The notes under the pieces are model-generated. The model was not told where the DNA came from. It worked only from the letters and a program-made list of their open reading frames with translations, and ran no database searches. This document shows, one piece after another, positions 7,490 through 16,740 of a stretch of 43,578 bases of DNA (positions are counted from its first letter, which is position 1; each line of letters opens with the position of its first letter). The stretch is from positions 1-43,578 of the IMG/VR virus record IMGVR_UViG_3300045996_001765; one strand, 5' to 3'. The position numbers and the translations under genes are program-made. This DNA comes from a virus.

Positions 7490-8878
7490 GTGGGACTGCT
7501 GGACCGTATCCAGGCCCGCAAGGCCGACCTCGGTCGCCGCGCCTGGCCGGTCGGCCCCGGATCCATCATGGGCACCGACAGCTCGTGGGGTCACGACCTG
7601 TCAGAGTTCTCGCCGCTCGAGTACGGCGACTACCTCGCCACCTCCAACGAGATCTACTCGGTAGTCTCCAGCCGGGCCCGGCTGATGTCCGGCCTGCAGC
7701 TGAAGTTCTTCAGGGGCCGCGGGTCCGACAAGGTCGAGAAGCCCGAGTCGAACGCGGCCCGGGTGCACCGGTACGTCAACGACTTCTGGACGGCGGCGCG
7801 CCTCGAGCGCATGGACGAAATGTCCATGGGCGTCTGGGGGCACACCGCCTGGGCGCTCGAGCCGACCGACCGGTCCGGCGGCGAGCCCGGCCAGATCTGG
7901 TGGATGAAGCCGAGCCAGCTCAAGCCCGTCCCGCACGAGCTCCACTACCTCGGCGGGTTCCTGTACGAGCCGATCGTCGGCGGCCCGTCGATCCACTTCG
8001 AGCCGCACGAGGTGTGCTGGTTCCGGTACCCGAACCCGCTCGACGAGTTCTCGCCGCTGTCGCCGCTCGCCGCGGCGCGGCTCGCCGCGGACACCGCGTC
8101 GGCGATGGGCAGGGCCAACCAGAACCTCTTCGTCAACGGCCTGATGGCCGGCGGGGTCATCGTGCCCGGCACGGACAAGGTGACGTTTTCCGCCGAGCAG
8201 GCGAAGGACCTGGAGCGGCAGTTCGGCGCCCGGATGAAGGGTGTCGACAAGGCGCACCGGTGGGCGGTCCTCAGGTACGAGGCGCAGATCCAGGCGCTGA
8301 ACGTGACGCCGAAGGACGCCGAGTTCATCGCCGGTCTGGGTCTCACGTTCCGGCAGGTGTGCCGGGCGTACGGCATGCAGCCGACCCTGCAGGGCGACAT
8401 GGACGGCGCGACCCTCGCCAACGTGACCGCGTTCGAGCGCCTCGAATGGTCACGGACGATGGTGCCCGACTCGACGCTCCGCGCGGCCGAGGTCCGGGAG
8501 CAGTACCTGCCGCGGTTCAAGGGCGCGCCCGACCACTGCGAGTACGACTACTCGACGGTACCGGCGCTGCAGGAGTCGGAGACGGAAGCCTGGGCCCGGG
8601 AGGCGCAGGCCCTGGACCGCGGCGCGATCACGATCAACGAGTGGCGACGCAAGCACGGCATGCCCGACGTGCCGTGGGGCGACAAGCCGTACATGCCGGT
8701 CAACAAGGCGCCGCTCGGCGCCGACGGCCAGCTGCAGCTCCCCGCCGCACCCGAGGGCGAGAAGCTGCCGGACGACGAGGTGAACCCGGCCAACGCGCCG
8801 GAGTCGCCGCGGTCGTTCACGCACCTCGAGGCCCGCCGCTTCCTCGAGGCGGTCCAGCTCAACGGGGTGAAGCTGTGA
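7490..8878 (+). CDS. portal protein (HK97-like family)
   Basis: The 462-aa product lies between the terminase and prohead protease genes. It has the typical portal length and acidic C-terminus. GTG 7490 follows the upstream stop. Confidence 0.8.
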   Translation: MGLLDRIQARKADLGRRAWPVGPGSIMGTDSSWGHDLSEFSPLEYGDYLATSNEIYSVVSSRARLMSGLQLKFFRGRGSDKVEKPESNAARVHRYVNDFWTAARLERMDEMSMGVWGHTAWALEPTDRSGGEPGQIWWMKPSQLKPVPHELHYLGGFLYEPIVGGPSIHFEPHEVCWFRYPNPLDEFSPLSPLAAARLAADTASAMGRANQNLFVNGLMAGGVIVPGTDKVTFSAEQAKDLERQFGARMKGVDKAHRWAVLRYEAQIQALNVTPKDAEFIAGLGLTFRQVCRAYGMQPTLQGDMDGATLANVTAFERLEWSRTMVPDSTLRAAEVREQYLPRFKGAPDHCEYDYSTVPALQESETEAWAREAQALDRGAITINEWRRKHGMPDVPWGDKPYMPVNKAPLGADGQLQLPAAPEGEKLPDDEVNPANAPESPRSFTHLEARRFLEAVQLNGVKL

Positions 8879-10203
8879 CCCGGCACCTGCCGGGCGAGCA
8901 CGATCAGGACAAGCACGGCGACGGCGGCGGGTCCGACCTGCTCGGTATCGCGGACCGGATCAAGCTCGCCGACGGTGAGAGTCTCGTGTCGTCCGGACGG
9001 TTCGCTGCGGGCGACTCCGACTCCGAAGTCGTGTGGGCGGTGACGTCCACCGCGGACGGCCGCACGGCGAGGGTCGCAGTCATCGGCGCGGAGGCGGCCG
9101 AGGAGTGGGACGGCACTGGCGATCTCACGACCGTCCTCGACCGCGGCCAGGTCGACGCCCTGCGCGGCGACCTCGAGGCCGGCGGTGCCACGTCGAAGGC
9201 GACCGCGGCGAAGCTCACCAAACTCGACGATGACGGCGAGGACGTCGACGAAAAGTACTTCGACGAGCCGACCGCCTCCGGCCGCACCGCTGACCTGCGG
9301 TGGGAAATGTGGCTCGACGGCATGGACCCGCTGTCGTACGTCGTCGAGCTGCACGTCGGTGACGACGAAGAGGACGACGGCAAGACCCTGGAGCCGAAGG
9401 ACCTGCGGAAGCTGCTGAAGAAGCTTGCCGCACTCTCCGACGACCTCGCCGGCGGCGACGCCCGGCAGTACGAGCCAACAGAGTGGAGCAAGTTCATGCA
9501 CGGCATGCGAAACCGGCGCGCCGGCGTGGGCCGGACGCTCGGCTACATCGACCGGACAGCGATCCAGGACGGCCAGCCACTGCGGGTCATCATGGCGACC
9601 GAGGGCCGCAAGGCCGACGGCGTCGACCTGCGGATGGCCGGCGCGGACCTGGCCCGGTACCGGGCCAACCCGGTGCTCGGCTACGGCCACGCCTACTGGG
9701 GTCGCGACAACCTGCCGATCGGCCGGGTCAACCCCGACTCGATCGGCGTCGCCGGTACCAGCCTCGCCGGCGACCTCGACTTCGATCAGGGCGACCCGTT
9801 CGCCCGGGAGATCGAACGCAAGATGCGCGACGGCTACATGTCGGCCGTGTCCATCGGGTTCGAGGTCCTCGAATGGGAGGACGGCAAGGGCGACCTGTGG
9901 CGCGGCGGCGTCGCCACGAAGTGGGCCCTGACCGAGCTGTCCGTCGTGCCGATCGGCATGGACGAAAAGGCGCTCGTCACCGCCGGCCGGTCGCTGATCG
10001 ACGAGTTCGACCGCGACGCGATGCGTGCGCTCGTCGACGAGTTCGGCGCCGAGCGCGTCATGGCCGCGCTCATCGGCTCCGCGCCGCCGCCTGAACTGCC
10101 GGCCCCGCCGGCGCAAGACCCGAAGCCCGCCGAACCGGCGGGCTTCTCCGTTCCCACCGATGCTGCGCGCGCCCTGCTCGCGGCCTTCGCAAAGGAGTCC
10201 TGA
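8875..10203 (+). CDS. HK97-type prohead maturation protease with an acidic N-terminal extension of about 220 aa
   Basis: GTG 8875 is in a GTGA overlap with the portal stop. The C-terminal half has S78-like motifs (PVLGYGHAY, IGRV, ELSVVPIGMD). The N-terminal half is D/E-rich. Confidence 0.8.
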   Translation: MTRHLPGEHDQDKHGDGGGSDLLGIADRIKLADGESLVSSGRFAAGDSDSEVVWAVTSTADGRTARVAVIGAEAAEEWDGTGDLTTVLDRGQVDALRGDLEAGGATSKATAAKLTKLDDDGEDVDEKYFDEPTASGRTADLRWEMWLDGMDPLSYVVELHVGDDEEDDGKTLEPKDLRKLLKKLAALSDDLAGGDARQYEPTEWSKFMHGMRNRRAGVGRTLGYIDRTAIQDGQPLRVIMATEGRKADGVDLRMAGADLARYRANPVLGYGHAYWGRDNLPIGRVNPDSIGVAGTSLAGDLDFDQGDPFAREIERKMRDGYMSAVSIGFEVLEWEDGKGDLWRGGVATKWALTELSVVPIGMDEKALVTAGRSLIDEFDRDAMRALVDEFGAERVMAALIGSAPPPELPAPPAQDPKPAEPAGFSVPTDAARALLAAFAKES

Positions 10204-10205
10204 CG

Positions 10206-11741
10206 ATGACCGACACGGTCACCCTGGACGCGCTGGCTGGCGAGATCCGGCAGCGCTTCGACGCAGTGGACCAGACCGTCTCCGAGCGCACCTCGGACGA
10301 GAAGCTCAAGTCTCTCGTCCGTGAGGTCGCCGAGGACCTGGTTCGCACCGACACCGAGTTCGTCCGGAAGATCCGCTTCGGGACCGAGCCGTCCGACACG
10401 CAGATGGTCGGCACCAAGTACGCCCGGTTCGGCCTCACGGTCTCCGACGTCGAGTTCCTCTACGACCTGATGTCCTCGCACCGCGGGCAGCGGACCAAGC
10501 AGGGCGGTGTCCACCCGGGCCCGTCCGAGGAGCTCACCCGCACGTTCGAGTCGATCTCCGCGGCGCGGTACCTGCCGGCCGACAAGGTCCGGGAGATCGA
10601 CCGGGCGGCGCTCGACGACCTGTTCCCCCGGATCGCGCTCAGCGAGTTCCACGGCCCCGACCGGATCCTCGCCCGGGCCGGGAAGTTCGAGCTCACCCAG
10701 GCGTACCAGCGGGCCATCCGCGCGATGGACACCGCCGAGTCCGGGTTCGGTTCGCAGCTCATCGGCGCCCAGTACGTCGGCGAGCTGTGGGAGGCGCCGC
10801 GCAAGCTCGGCCGTGTCTTCCCGCTGATCGACAGCTTCGAGATGCAGCACCCGACGGCGTACCTGCCCGTCGAGGTCGACATCCCGGAGATGACGTTCGT
10901 CGCGGAGAACACGGCGAACAACAGCTCCGAGTACGGCACGGTCAAGACCGGGTCGCAGCGGGTCAGCGTGTCGGCGTCGAAGTTCCTCATCCACCAGATG
11001 TGGTCCGGTGAGATGGACGAGGACTCCCTCATCCCGTTCATCCCGTTCCTGCGCCGGCAGGCCGCGCTGTCGATCGCGCACTACTCCGACAGCCTCGTCC
11101 TCAACGGCGACACCACGAACGCCGCCACGGGCAACATCAACCTCGACGACGCCGACCCGGCCGACACCAAGCACTACCTGGCCCAGGACGGCATCCGCCA
11201 CGCCGCGCTCGTCGACAACACCGGCAACGCCGTCGACATCGCCGGCGCGATCAGCCTCGGGAAGCTCCACGACCTGCGGTCCAAGATGCTCGACCTGACC
11301 CGGCTCGTCGACTGGGGTCACCCCATCGACAAGAAGGACCTGGTCTACTGCGCGGACCCCGAGACCGCCGACAAGATCGCGCAGCTCGACGAGGTCCTGA
11401 CCGTCGACAAGTACGGCACGAACGCGACCGTCTTCAACGGCGAGCTCGCCCAGATCGCCGGCCACCCGGCCATCTCGACGATCGCGATCTCGAAGACCGA
11501 GGCCGACGGCAAGGTCTCCACGACCGCGAACAACAACATCAAGGGCCAGGTCGTGGCGTTCAACCGCCGCGGCTACAAGGTCGGCTGGCGTCGCCGGGTG
11601 ATGGTCGAGTCGGAGCGTCTGCCCGGCCGTGACCAGACCCGGCTCGTCTACAGCCTGCGCATGGGTGTCGGCCGGTTCACGCCGACCGGCGCCGCGTCCG
11701 GCATCGAGTCGGCCGCGGTCGCGTACAACATCTCGCTCTGA
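10206..11741 (+). CDS. major capsid protein (HK97 fold) with an N-terminal delta/scaffold-like domain
   Basis: The 511-aa product follows the protease directly. It has a coiled N-terminal region of about 110 aa and is followed by a strong terminator. No separate scaffold gene is present. Confidence 0.8.
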   Translation: MTDTVTLDALAGEIRQRFDAVDQTVSERTSDEKLKSLVREVAEDLVRTDTEFVRKIRFGTEPSDTQMVGTKYARFGLTVSDVEFLYDLMSSHRGQRTKQGGVHPGPSEELTRTFESISAARYLPADKVREIDRAALDDLFPRIALSEFHGPDRILARAGKFELTQAYQRAIRAMDTAESGFGSQLIGAQYVGELWEAPRKLGRVFPLIDSFEMQHPTAYLPVEVDIPEMTFVAENTANNSSEYGTVKTGSQRVSVSASKFLIHQMWSGEMDEDSLIPFIPFLRRQAALSIAHYSDSLVLNGDTTNAATGNINLDDADPADTKHYLAQDGIRHAALVDNTGNAVDIAGAISLGKLHDLRSKMLDLTRLVDWGHPIDKKDLVYCADPETADKIAQLDEVLTVDKYGTNATVFNGELAQIAGHPAISTIAISKTEADGKVSTTANNNIKGQVVAFNRRGYKVGWRRRVMVESERLPGRDQTRLVYSLRMGVGRFTPTGAASGIESAAVAYNISL

Positions 11742-11763
11742 TCCAGCTCTGACCGACCGAGGA

Positions 11764-11790
11764 GGGCCGCACCCCTGTGGTGCGGCCCTT
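11764..11790 (+). terminator. intrinsic terminator/attenuator after the capsid gene
   Basis: There is a perfect 10-bp stem gggccgcacc (11764-11773) / ggtgcggccc (11779-11788) with loop cctgt, followed by tt. Confidence 0.7.
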
Positions 11791-11813
11791 CCGCTTGAGG
11801 AAGGACCACCGCA

Positions 11814-12242
11814 ATGCAGATCTCCCGCGAGATCGCCAAGGGCCAGCTCGTCCAGCTGACGTTCATGCAGGACGCCGTCGCCGCGTCGCAGACCAACGTG
11901 CAGCTGCCGATCGCCGAGGTCAACGCTGGCGCCGCCGTCGCCGTCGACTCCTACGTCATGCCGTTCGCCGGCGAGGTCGTCGCCATCTCCGCCGTCACGA
12001 CCGCCGCGGCGACCGCCGGGTCGCTGACCGTCGGCGCGACAAAGGACGGCACCGAGTGGGCCGACCCGACCCTGACCCTCACCACCGGCACCGAGGCGTG
12101 GGACACGTGCCCGCGCGGCACCTGCCAGTTCGCGGCCGGTGACCAGATCGGCGCCGAGATCACCTCGTCTGGCACCTGGGACGGCACCACCGCCGACCTC
12201 GGCGTGTCCGTCTGGGTGCTGCTCTACCTCGAGGGGATCTGA
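11814..12242 (+). CDS. hypothetical structural protein
   Basis: ATG 11814 is preceded by gaggaagga. It lies in the head-tail module. No family recognised. Confidence 0.6.
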   Translation: MQISREIAKGQLVQLTFMQDAVAASQTNVQLPIAEVNAGAAVAVDSYVMPFAGEVVAISAVTTAAATAGSLTVGATKDGTEWADPTLTLTTGTEAWDTCPRGTCQFAAGDQIGAEITSSGTWDGTTADLGVSVWVLLYLEGI

Positions 12243-12244
12243 CG

Positions 12245-12478
12245 ATGCCGTTCTACACCGTGCAGCACCGCTACAGCGCCCGCAACGGCGAGCAGACGTT
12301 CGGCCCGTGGGAGGCCGACGAGACCGTCGACCTCACCGAGGCCGAGGCCGAATGGGTCAACCGCGACTCGGCCGGCTGCCTCGAGCTGGCCAAGCCCGAG
12401 GCGAAGTCTGCCGGCCGGGAGCAGCCGCCGGCGAAGGACCGGCAGCACCGCGGCGGCACGAACCGGTCGGGCCGATGA
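12245..12478 (+). CDS. hypothetical protein
   Basis: ATG 12245 lies 2 nt after the upstream stop. Confidence 0.55.
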   Translation: MPFYTVQHRYSARNGEQTFGPWEADETVDLTEAEAEWVNRDSAGCLELAKPEAKSAGREQPPAKDRQHRGGTNRSGR

Positions 12479-12744
12479 GCGCCGCCAACATCAAGAACGT
12501 CACGGCGACCGGCGACATCACGACCGCGGACGGACACCTGTACTCCGTCGTCCTCACCGGCGGATCCGACGCCGCGACGCTGACGGTGAAGGCGGGCGGG
12601 TCCGGCGGCACCACGATCCTCGTCCTGAAGGCAGCCGCGTCGACGACCGCCGCGGCGCCGCTGAACGCGTCCGTTTACTGCGACGGCGGCATCCACGCAA
12701 CCCTGGCCGGCACGGCGCCCAACGCGGCGTTCGTCTACGCGTAA
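12475..12744 (+). CDS. hypothetical structural protein
   Basis: ATG 12475 is in an ATGA overlap. The sequence is beta-rich with many Thr/Ala/Gly residues. Confidence 0.55.
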   Translation: MSAANIKNVTATGDITTADGHLYSVVLTGGSDAATLTVKAGGSGGTTILVLKAAASTTAAAPLNASVYCDGGIHATLAGTAPNAAFVYA

Positions 12745-12756
12745 GGCGGGTGAATC

Positions 12757-13122
12757 ATGGCTGAAGGCTTCGGCTCCGCCGGCGCGAACACCGCCCTCGA
12801 CGCACTCGTCGCCGCCTACCCGTGGATCAAGCTGCACACCGGCGCGCCCGGCTCTGCCGGCACATCGAACGCGGCGACGGAGACCACGCGGAAGCAAGCG
12901 TCCTGGGCAGCATCGTCCGGCGGCGCGACCAGCAACAGCGGCGCCCTCACCTGGACGAACGTCGCCGGGTCGGAGGACTACACCCACTTCACCGCCTGGA
13001 CCGCGTCGACCGCCGGCACGTTCGGGTTCTCCGGCACGATCACCGCGAACGCGGTCACGGCCGCGGACACGTTCACGATCGCCATCGGCGACCTGGACGT
13101 CTCGCTCACCCTGGCGTCCTGA
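12757..13122 (+). CDS. hypothetical structural protein
   Basis: ATG 12757. The product is 121 aa and Ala/Thr/Ser-rich. Confidence 0.55.
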   Translation: MAEGFGSAGANTALDALVAAYPWIKLHTGAPGSAGTSNAATETTRKQASWAASSGGATSNSGALTWTNVAGSEDYTHFTAWTASTAGTFGFSGTITANAVTAADTFTIAIGDLDVSLTLAS

Positions 13123-13442
13123 TGGCGGCGCTGGGCCGCGGCGACCCTGCGCAGTCGCCGTACGTGTGGGAGTCCGGCGACTACCAGGGCAAGGTCATCC
13201 GCATCACGGTCGTCTTCAACAACGCCACCAGGTCCATCACCTCGGCGTCCGTGTTCCGCGACGCCGACTGCGTCTACACCCGGCTCTACCTGGGACGCGG
13301 TGCTGACGGCAGTCCGAACTCCTCCACGCGGTCGTTCGTGGTCCCGGCTGGCATCACGAACGTGCCAGTGCAGCAGATGGCGAACCGGGGTTTCTCGACG
13401 ATCGAGGACTTCCTCGCGCTCCAGATCACTGCTGGACCGTAG
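13122..13442 (+). CDS. hypothetical structural protein
   Basis: ATG 13122 shares one nt with the upstream TGA (TGATG). Confidence 0.55.
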   Translation: MAALGRGDPAQSPYVWESGDYQGKVIRITVVFNNATRSITSASVFRDADCVYTRLYLGRGADGSPNSSTRSFVVPAGITNVPVQQMANRGFSTIEDFLALQITAGP

Positions 13443-13451
13443 GAGGTCGGC

Positions 13452-14678
13452 GTGGCGCTCGCCATCGATGCCTCCACGCCCGCCTTCGCCTCCAGCAACA
13501 CCGGCGCAACGGTCACCACGGCGAGCTTCACCCCGCCGGCCGGCGCGGTGCTCGTCGCGGTGGCATTCCACGACACCGCCTCGGGCAACCTCACCAACAC
13601 CTCGATCGTCACAGGCGGCGGGCTGACCTGGACCATCCGGGCCACCCGCAACCGCGCCGACGCCGGCGGTCAGAACGCGCACGTCCAGGTCTCCACGGCC
13701 GTCGTCGGAAGTTCCGCGGCGATGACGATCACGACGACTGGCACGAACTGCCTCGGCCCCGTCGGGCTCTACATGTTCGTCATGACCGGCGCGGACACCA
13801 CGACGCCGTTCGACGACATCGACGAGGGCTCCAACACGTCCGGCGTCGTCAGCCTGGCTTTGAGTACGGTCACCGACCAAGCGTGGGCCTTCCTGGCCGT
13901 AACCGACTGGAACGTGGCCGCGGCGATGACCGCCGGCGCGTCGCAGACGGCGGTGCTGTCCACGGGCATCGGCCCAGGACCGGACGTCCGCATCTTCATC
14001 GGCCGGCAGAACGCCGTCACGTCACCGGCCGGCGCGGTCACGATGTCGACCGGGTCGCCGAGCTCCGGCAACACCAACAACTTCATCGCCTGGGCAGTCA
14101 AGCCTGCGGCGGCGGGCGGTGGTTCGGTCTCCGGTACGGCTGTCGCCGCGCTCGGTGGCCTGACCGCCACGGCAGCTGGAACCCCGACCACCTTCGGCAC
14201 GGCGGCCAGCGCCCTCGGCAGTCTCACCGCAACGGCGGCAGGGACGCCGACAACGTTCGGTGCCGCAGCATCGACGCTCGGCGCACTCACAGCCACCGCG
14301 GCCGGGACGCGCACCGTCCTCGGCGTGGCGGTCGCGCCGCTCGGCCAACTCGCCGCGGCAGCCGTCGGCGGCCGACAGACCACAGGCACGGCAGCAGCCC
14401 TCCTCGGCGCACTCACGGCGACAGCGGTCGGTGGCCGTCAGGCGACCGGCACAGCAGCCTCCGCACTCGGCGCACTCACGGCGACAGCGGTCGGCACCGC
14501 CACTACCCCGGTCGCTGGCACCGCAGCCGCGCTCCTCGGCGCACTCACCGCCACTGCGGCCGGCACGGTCACCACCGGCGTCGTCGCCACCCGAACGCTC
14601 GCCGACGGGCCGCGCCTGAAAGGCGTGACCCCGCTCGACTCGACCCGCGGCACACCGAGCATGCGCAGAAGGAGGTGA
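13452..14678 (+). CDS. structural protein with a globular N-terminal domain and seven 21-23-aa tandem repeats (fibre-like)
   Basis: GTG 13452 is preceded by aggagg. The C-terminal half consists of repeats of GTAAxxLGxLTATAxGxxTTx. Confidence 0.7.
   Translation: MALAIDASTPAFASSNTGATVTTASFTPPAGAVLVAVAFHDTASGNLTNTSIVTGGGLTWTIRATRNRADAGGQNAHVQVSTAVVGSSAAMTITTTGTNCLGPVGLYMFVMTGADTTTPFDDIDEGSNTSGVVSLALSTVTDQAWAFLAVTDWNVAAAMTAGASQTAVLSTGIGPGPDVRIFIGRQNAVTSPAGAVTMSTGSPSSGNTNNFIAWAVKPAAAGGGSVSGTAVAALGGLTATAAGTPTTFGTAASALGSLTATAAGTPTTFGAAASTLGALTATAAGTRTVLGVAVAPLGQLAAAAVGGRQTTGTAAALLGALTATAVGGRQATGTAASALGALTATAVGTATTPVAGTAAALLGALTATAAGTVTTGVVATRTLADGPRLKGVTPLDSTRGTPSMRRRR
14133..14582 (+). repeat. in-frame tandem repeat, 7 units of about 63 nt (one of 69 nt)
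   Basis: Units begin ggtacggctgtcgcc / ggcacggcggccagc / ggtgccgcagcatcg and so on. The core ctcggcgcactcac-gc-ac-gcgg is conserved, while synonymous positions have diverged. Confidence 0.85.
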
Positions 14679-14682
14679 CCGG

Positions 14683-15309
14683 ATGCCGATCACCAACGGA
14701 TATGCGACCCTCGCCGAGTTCCGCGAGCACATGGGCGACACCGGCACCGTCCTGACCGCAGCGGTCGCCGAGCGGGCCATCACCGCCGCGTCCAGGGCCA
14801 TCGACAAGCACTGCGGCTACCCGCACCGGAAGTTCTGGCTCGACGCGTCCGCGACCGCGAAACGCTACCGGCCCGACGACCCGTACGAGGTGTGGGTCCA
14901 CGACATCGGCTCGACGACCGACCTGGTCATCGCCACGGACACGACCGGCGACGCGTCCTTCGCCACGACCTGGGACTCTGCGGACTACCAGCTGGAGCCC
15001 CTCGACGCCGACGCCGAGGGCGACGCCGCGTTCGCGTGGTGGCGGATCGTCGCCGTCGACGAGAAGACGTTCCCCGTCTCGCGGTACCGGCCGACGCTGC
15101 GAGTCACCGCACGCTGGGGCTGGGCCGCGGTCCCCGACGATGTGAAGTTGGCGTGCCTGATCAAAGCCGGGTCGCTGTTCGAGCGCCGGAACTCCCCGAA
15201 CGGCATCCACGCCGTCGACGGGTTCGGTGCGGTCCGCGTCAACCGCTACGACCCGGACGTCCTCGAGTTGCTCGGCCCGTTCCAGCGCGAACACGTCGGG
15301 GCGCTCTGA
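14683..15309 (+). CDS. head-tail adaptor (gp6-like connector)
   Basis: The N-terminus YATLAEFREHMGD...AITAASRAIDKHCG is typical of gp6-like head-tail connectors. Its position is appropriate. ATG 14683 is preceded by ggagg. Confidence 0.6.
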   Translation: MPITNGYATLAEFREHMGDTGTVLTAAVAERAITAASRAIDKHCGYPHRKFWLDASATAKRYRPDDPYEVWVHDIGSTTDLVIATDTTGDASFATTWDSADYQLEPLDADAEGDAAFAWWRIVAVDEKTFPVSRYRPTLRVTARWGWAAVPDDVKLACLIKAGSLFERRNSPNGIHAVDGFGAVRVNRYDPDVLELLGPFQREHVGAL

Positions 15310-15731
15310 TGGCCGGCCTCGCCGCGATCCGCGCTGCGGTGAAGACGACGATCGAGGCTGCGATCTCCGGGCTCCAGGTCCACGAGATGGTGCCGGCGAA
15401 GCCGGTCCCGCCGTGCGTGCTCGTCATCCCGGACACCGCCGACTTCCTGGTGGCCATGGGCAAGGGCACCGACACCTGGAACTTCGACCTGCTCGTCCTC
15501 GTCCCGACCGCCGATCTAGTCGTCGGGCAGGCGCTCCTCGACCCGTATGTGACCGGTGCCGGGGCCAGCTCGATCCGCAGCGCGATCTTCGCAGCGAAGA
15601 CCCTCGGCCTGGCGAGCACCGACGCGCACGTCTCCGGGATGTCCGACTACGGCGGCGCCCACGAGTACGGCGGCAACCAGCACATCGGCGCCACGTTGCG
15701 CCTCGTCGTCCACACCATCGGCACCGCATGA
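15309..15731 (+). CDS. head-tail joining / neck protein (uncertain type)
   Basis: ATG 15309 shares one nt with the upstream stop. The call rests on size and position only. Confidence 0.45.
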   Translation: MAGLAAIRAAVKTTIEAAISGLQVHEMVPAKPVPPCVLVIPDTADFLVAMGKGTDTWNFDLLVLVPTADLVVGQALLDPYVTGAGASSIRSAIFAAKTLGLASTDAHVSGMSDYGGAHEYGGNQHIGATLRLVVHTIGTA

Positions 15732-15742
15732 GGAGACCCACT

Positions 15743-16015
15743 GTGGCTGAGCCCGTTTACGTCCGCGCCCGGGTCATCGGCGCCATGCCGATCCGTGACG
15801 CCGTCACCCGCGAGTCCGTCACCGAGGGCGGCATCGTCCGGCTCCTGCCGCGCGTTCCCGGCACTGGCCGGCTGCCGACGTGTGCCCGGCACCCGCGGCG
15901 CGGCGTCGTGCTGCAGCGGTCGACGTGCACCTGCGGCGGGACCCTCATCGACGCGCTCGTCGAGTGCGGCGCCGTCGAGGTCCTCGGCGACGGGGTGGAT
16001 GAGGAGCCGACCTGA
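15743..16015 (+). CDS. hypothetical protein
   Basis: GTG 15743 is preceded by gaggag. It is the last 90 codons of a longer track ORF. Confidence 0.45.
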   Translation: MAEPVYVRARVIGAMPIRDAVTRESVTEGGIVRLLPRVPGTGRLPTCARHPRRGVVLQRSTCTCGGTLIDALVECGAVEVLGDGVDEEPT

Positions 16016-16740
16016 TGGGCACGGCCGCGATCCTCAACGCGTTCGCCTACGTCGACAGCCACGACTTCACCGGCGACGCCAACGACTTCGGGCTCACCTG
16101 CGAAGGCGAGATGAAGGAGAAGACGAACTTCCGGTCCGGCGGGTGGCGCGAATACCACCTCGGCCTGAAGACGTCGGCGCTGAACCTCTCCGGGTTCTAC
16201 CAGGCCGGCGCGGACACCGTCGACGAGTACGCGTTCGCCGCCCTCGGCACCGGCGGCAAGGTCACGACCTGCGGTGTGAACGAGGTCGAGGGCGAGCCCT
16301 GCGGCATGTTCCAGCAGATGCAGCACGAGTACCAGTGGCTTGGCGAGGTCGGCGAGATGGCCCCGTTCCAGCTGCAGGGCGGCTGCTCCGACGGCGTCGG
16401 CGTCATCCTCGGGAAGCTGGTCAAGGAGCAGGGCGCCGTGTCGGCGACCGGCGCGACCGGGACGGCACTGGAGCTCGGCGCAGTCGCCGCCGGGAAGTAC
16501 GTCTACGGCACGTTCCACGTCCTGGGCACGCCGGGGACGACGGTCACCGCGGTTGTCGAGTCGGCGGCAGCCAGCAACTTCGCCGGCGCTACCACGCGGA
16601 TCACGTTCGGCCCCTACACCACGGCCGGCGGCCGGTGGGGCGCGCGGGTCGCCGGGTCGATCACCGACACGTGGTGGCGGCTGAGGGTCACCGCGATCAC
16701 CGGCACGTTCACCATCGCCTGCGGAGTGGGGATCCAGTGA
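16015..16740 (+). CDS. tail-tube-like protein (paralog A, with a C-terminal extension)
   Basis: The N-terminal ~90 aa align by eye with 17056..17469 (D-F/L-T/S...T...WREY..GLK...F...VD...A..TG). A T.F....WRE..GLK pattern is typical of siphovirus major tail proteins. Confidence 0.55.
   Translation: MGTAAILNAFAYVDSHDFTGDANDFGLTCEGEMKEKTNFRSGGWREYHLGLKTSALNLSGFYQAGADTVDEYAFAALGTGGKVTTCGVNEVEGEPCGMFQQMQHEYQWLGEVGEMAPFQLQGGCSDGVGVILGKLVKEQGAVSATGATGTALELGAVAAGKYVYGTFHVLGTPGTTVTAVVESAAASNFAGATTRITFGPYTTAGGRWGARVAGSITDTWWRLRVTAITGTFTIACGVGIQ

Noticed and set aside
7585-8874. N-terminal 430 codons of the 872-aa plus-strand track ORF overlapping the portal gene in another frame
   Set aside because: That part translates to Arg/Pro/Ala-rich low-complexity sequence. 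The real protease gene starts at GTG 8875, in a GTGA overlap with the portal stop. The same logic was applied to the upstream parts of track ORFs 15795-17054, 30327-31661, 31719-33212 and 39805-40473.
8548-11465. Two long minus-strand ORFs (522 and 543 aa) antisense to the protease and capsid genes
   Set aside because: They have the same shadow-ORF character (Arg/Gly/Asp/Val-rich, no motifs). The plus strand carries clear protease and capsid genes.
14133-14582. Regular ~63-nt repeats considered as a possible CRISPR array
   Set aside because: The units are directly contiguous with no spacers. They are in frame inside a 408-aa ORF, conserved at the amino-acid level and diverged at synonymous sites. 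No cas genes are present.
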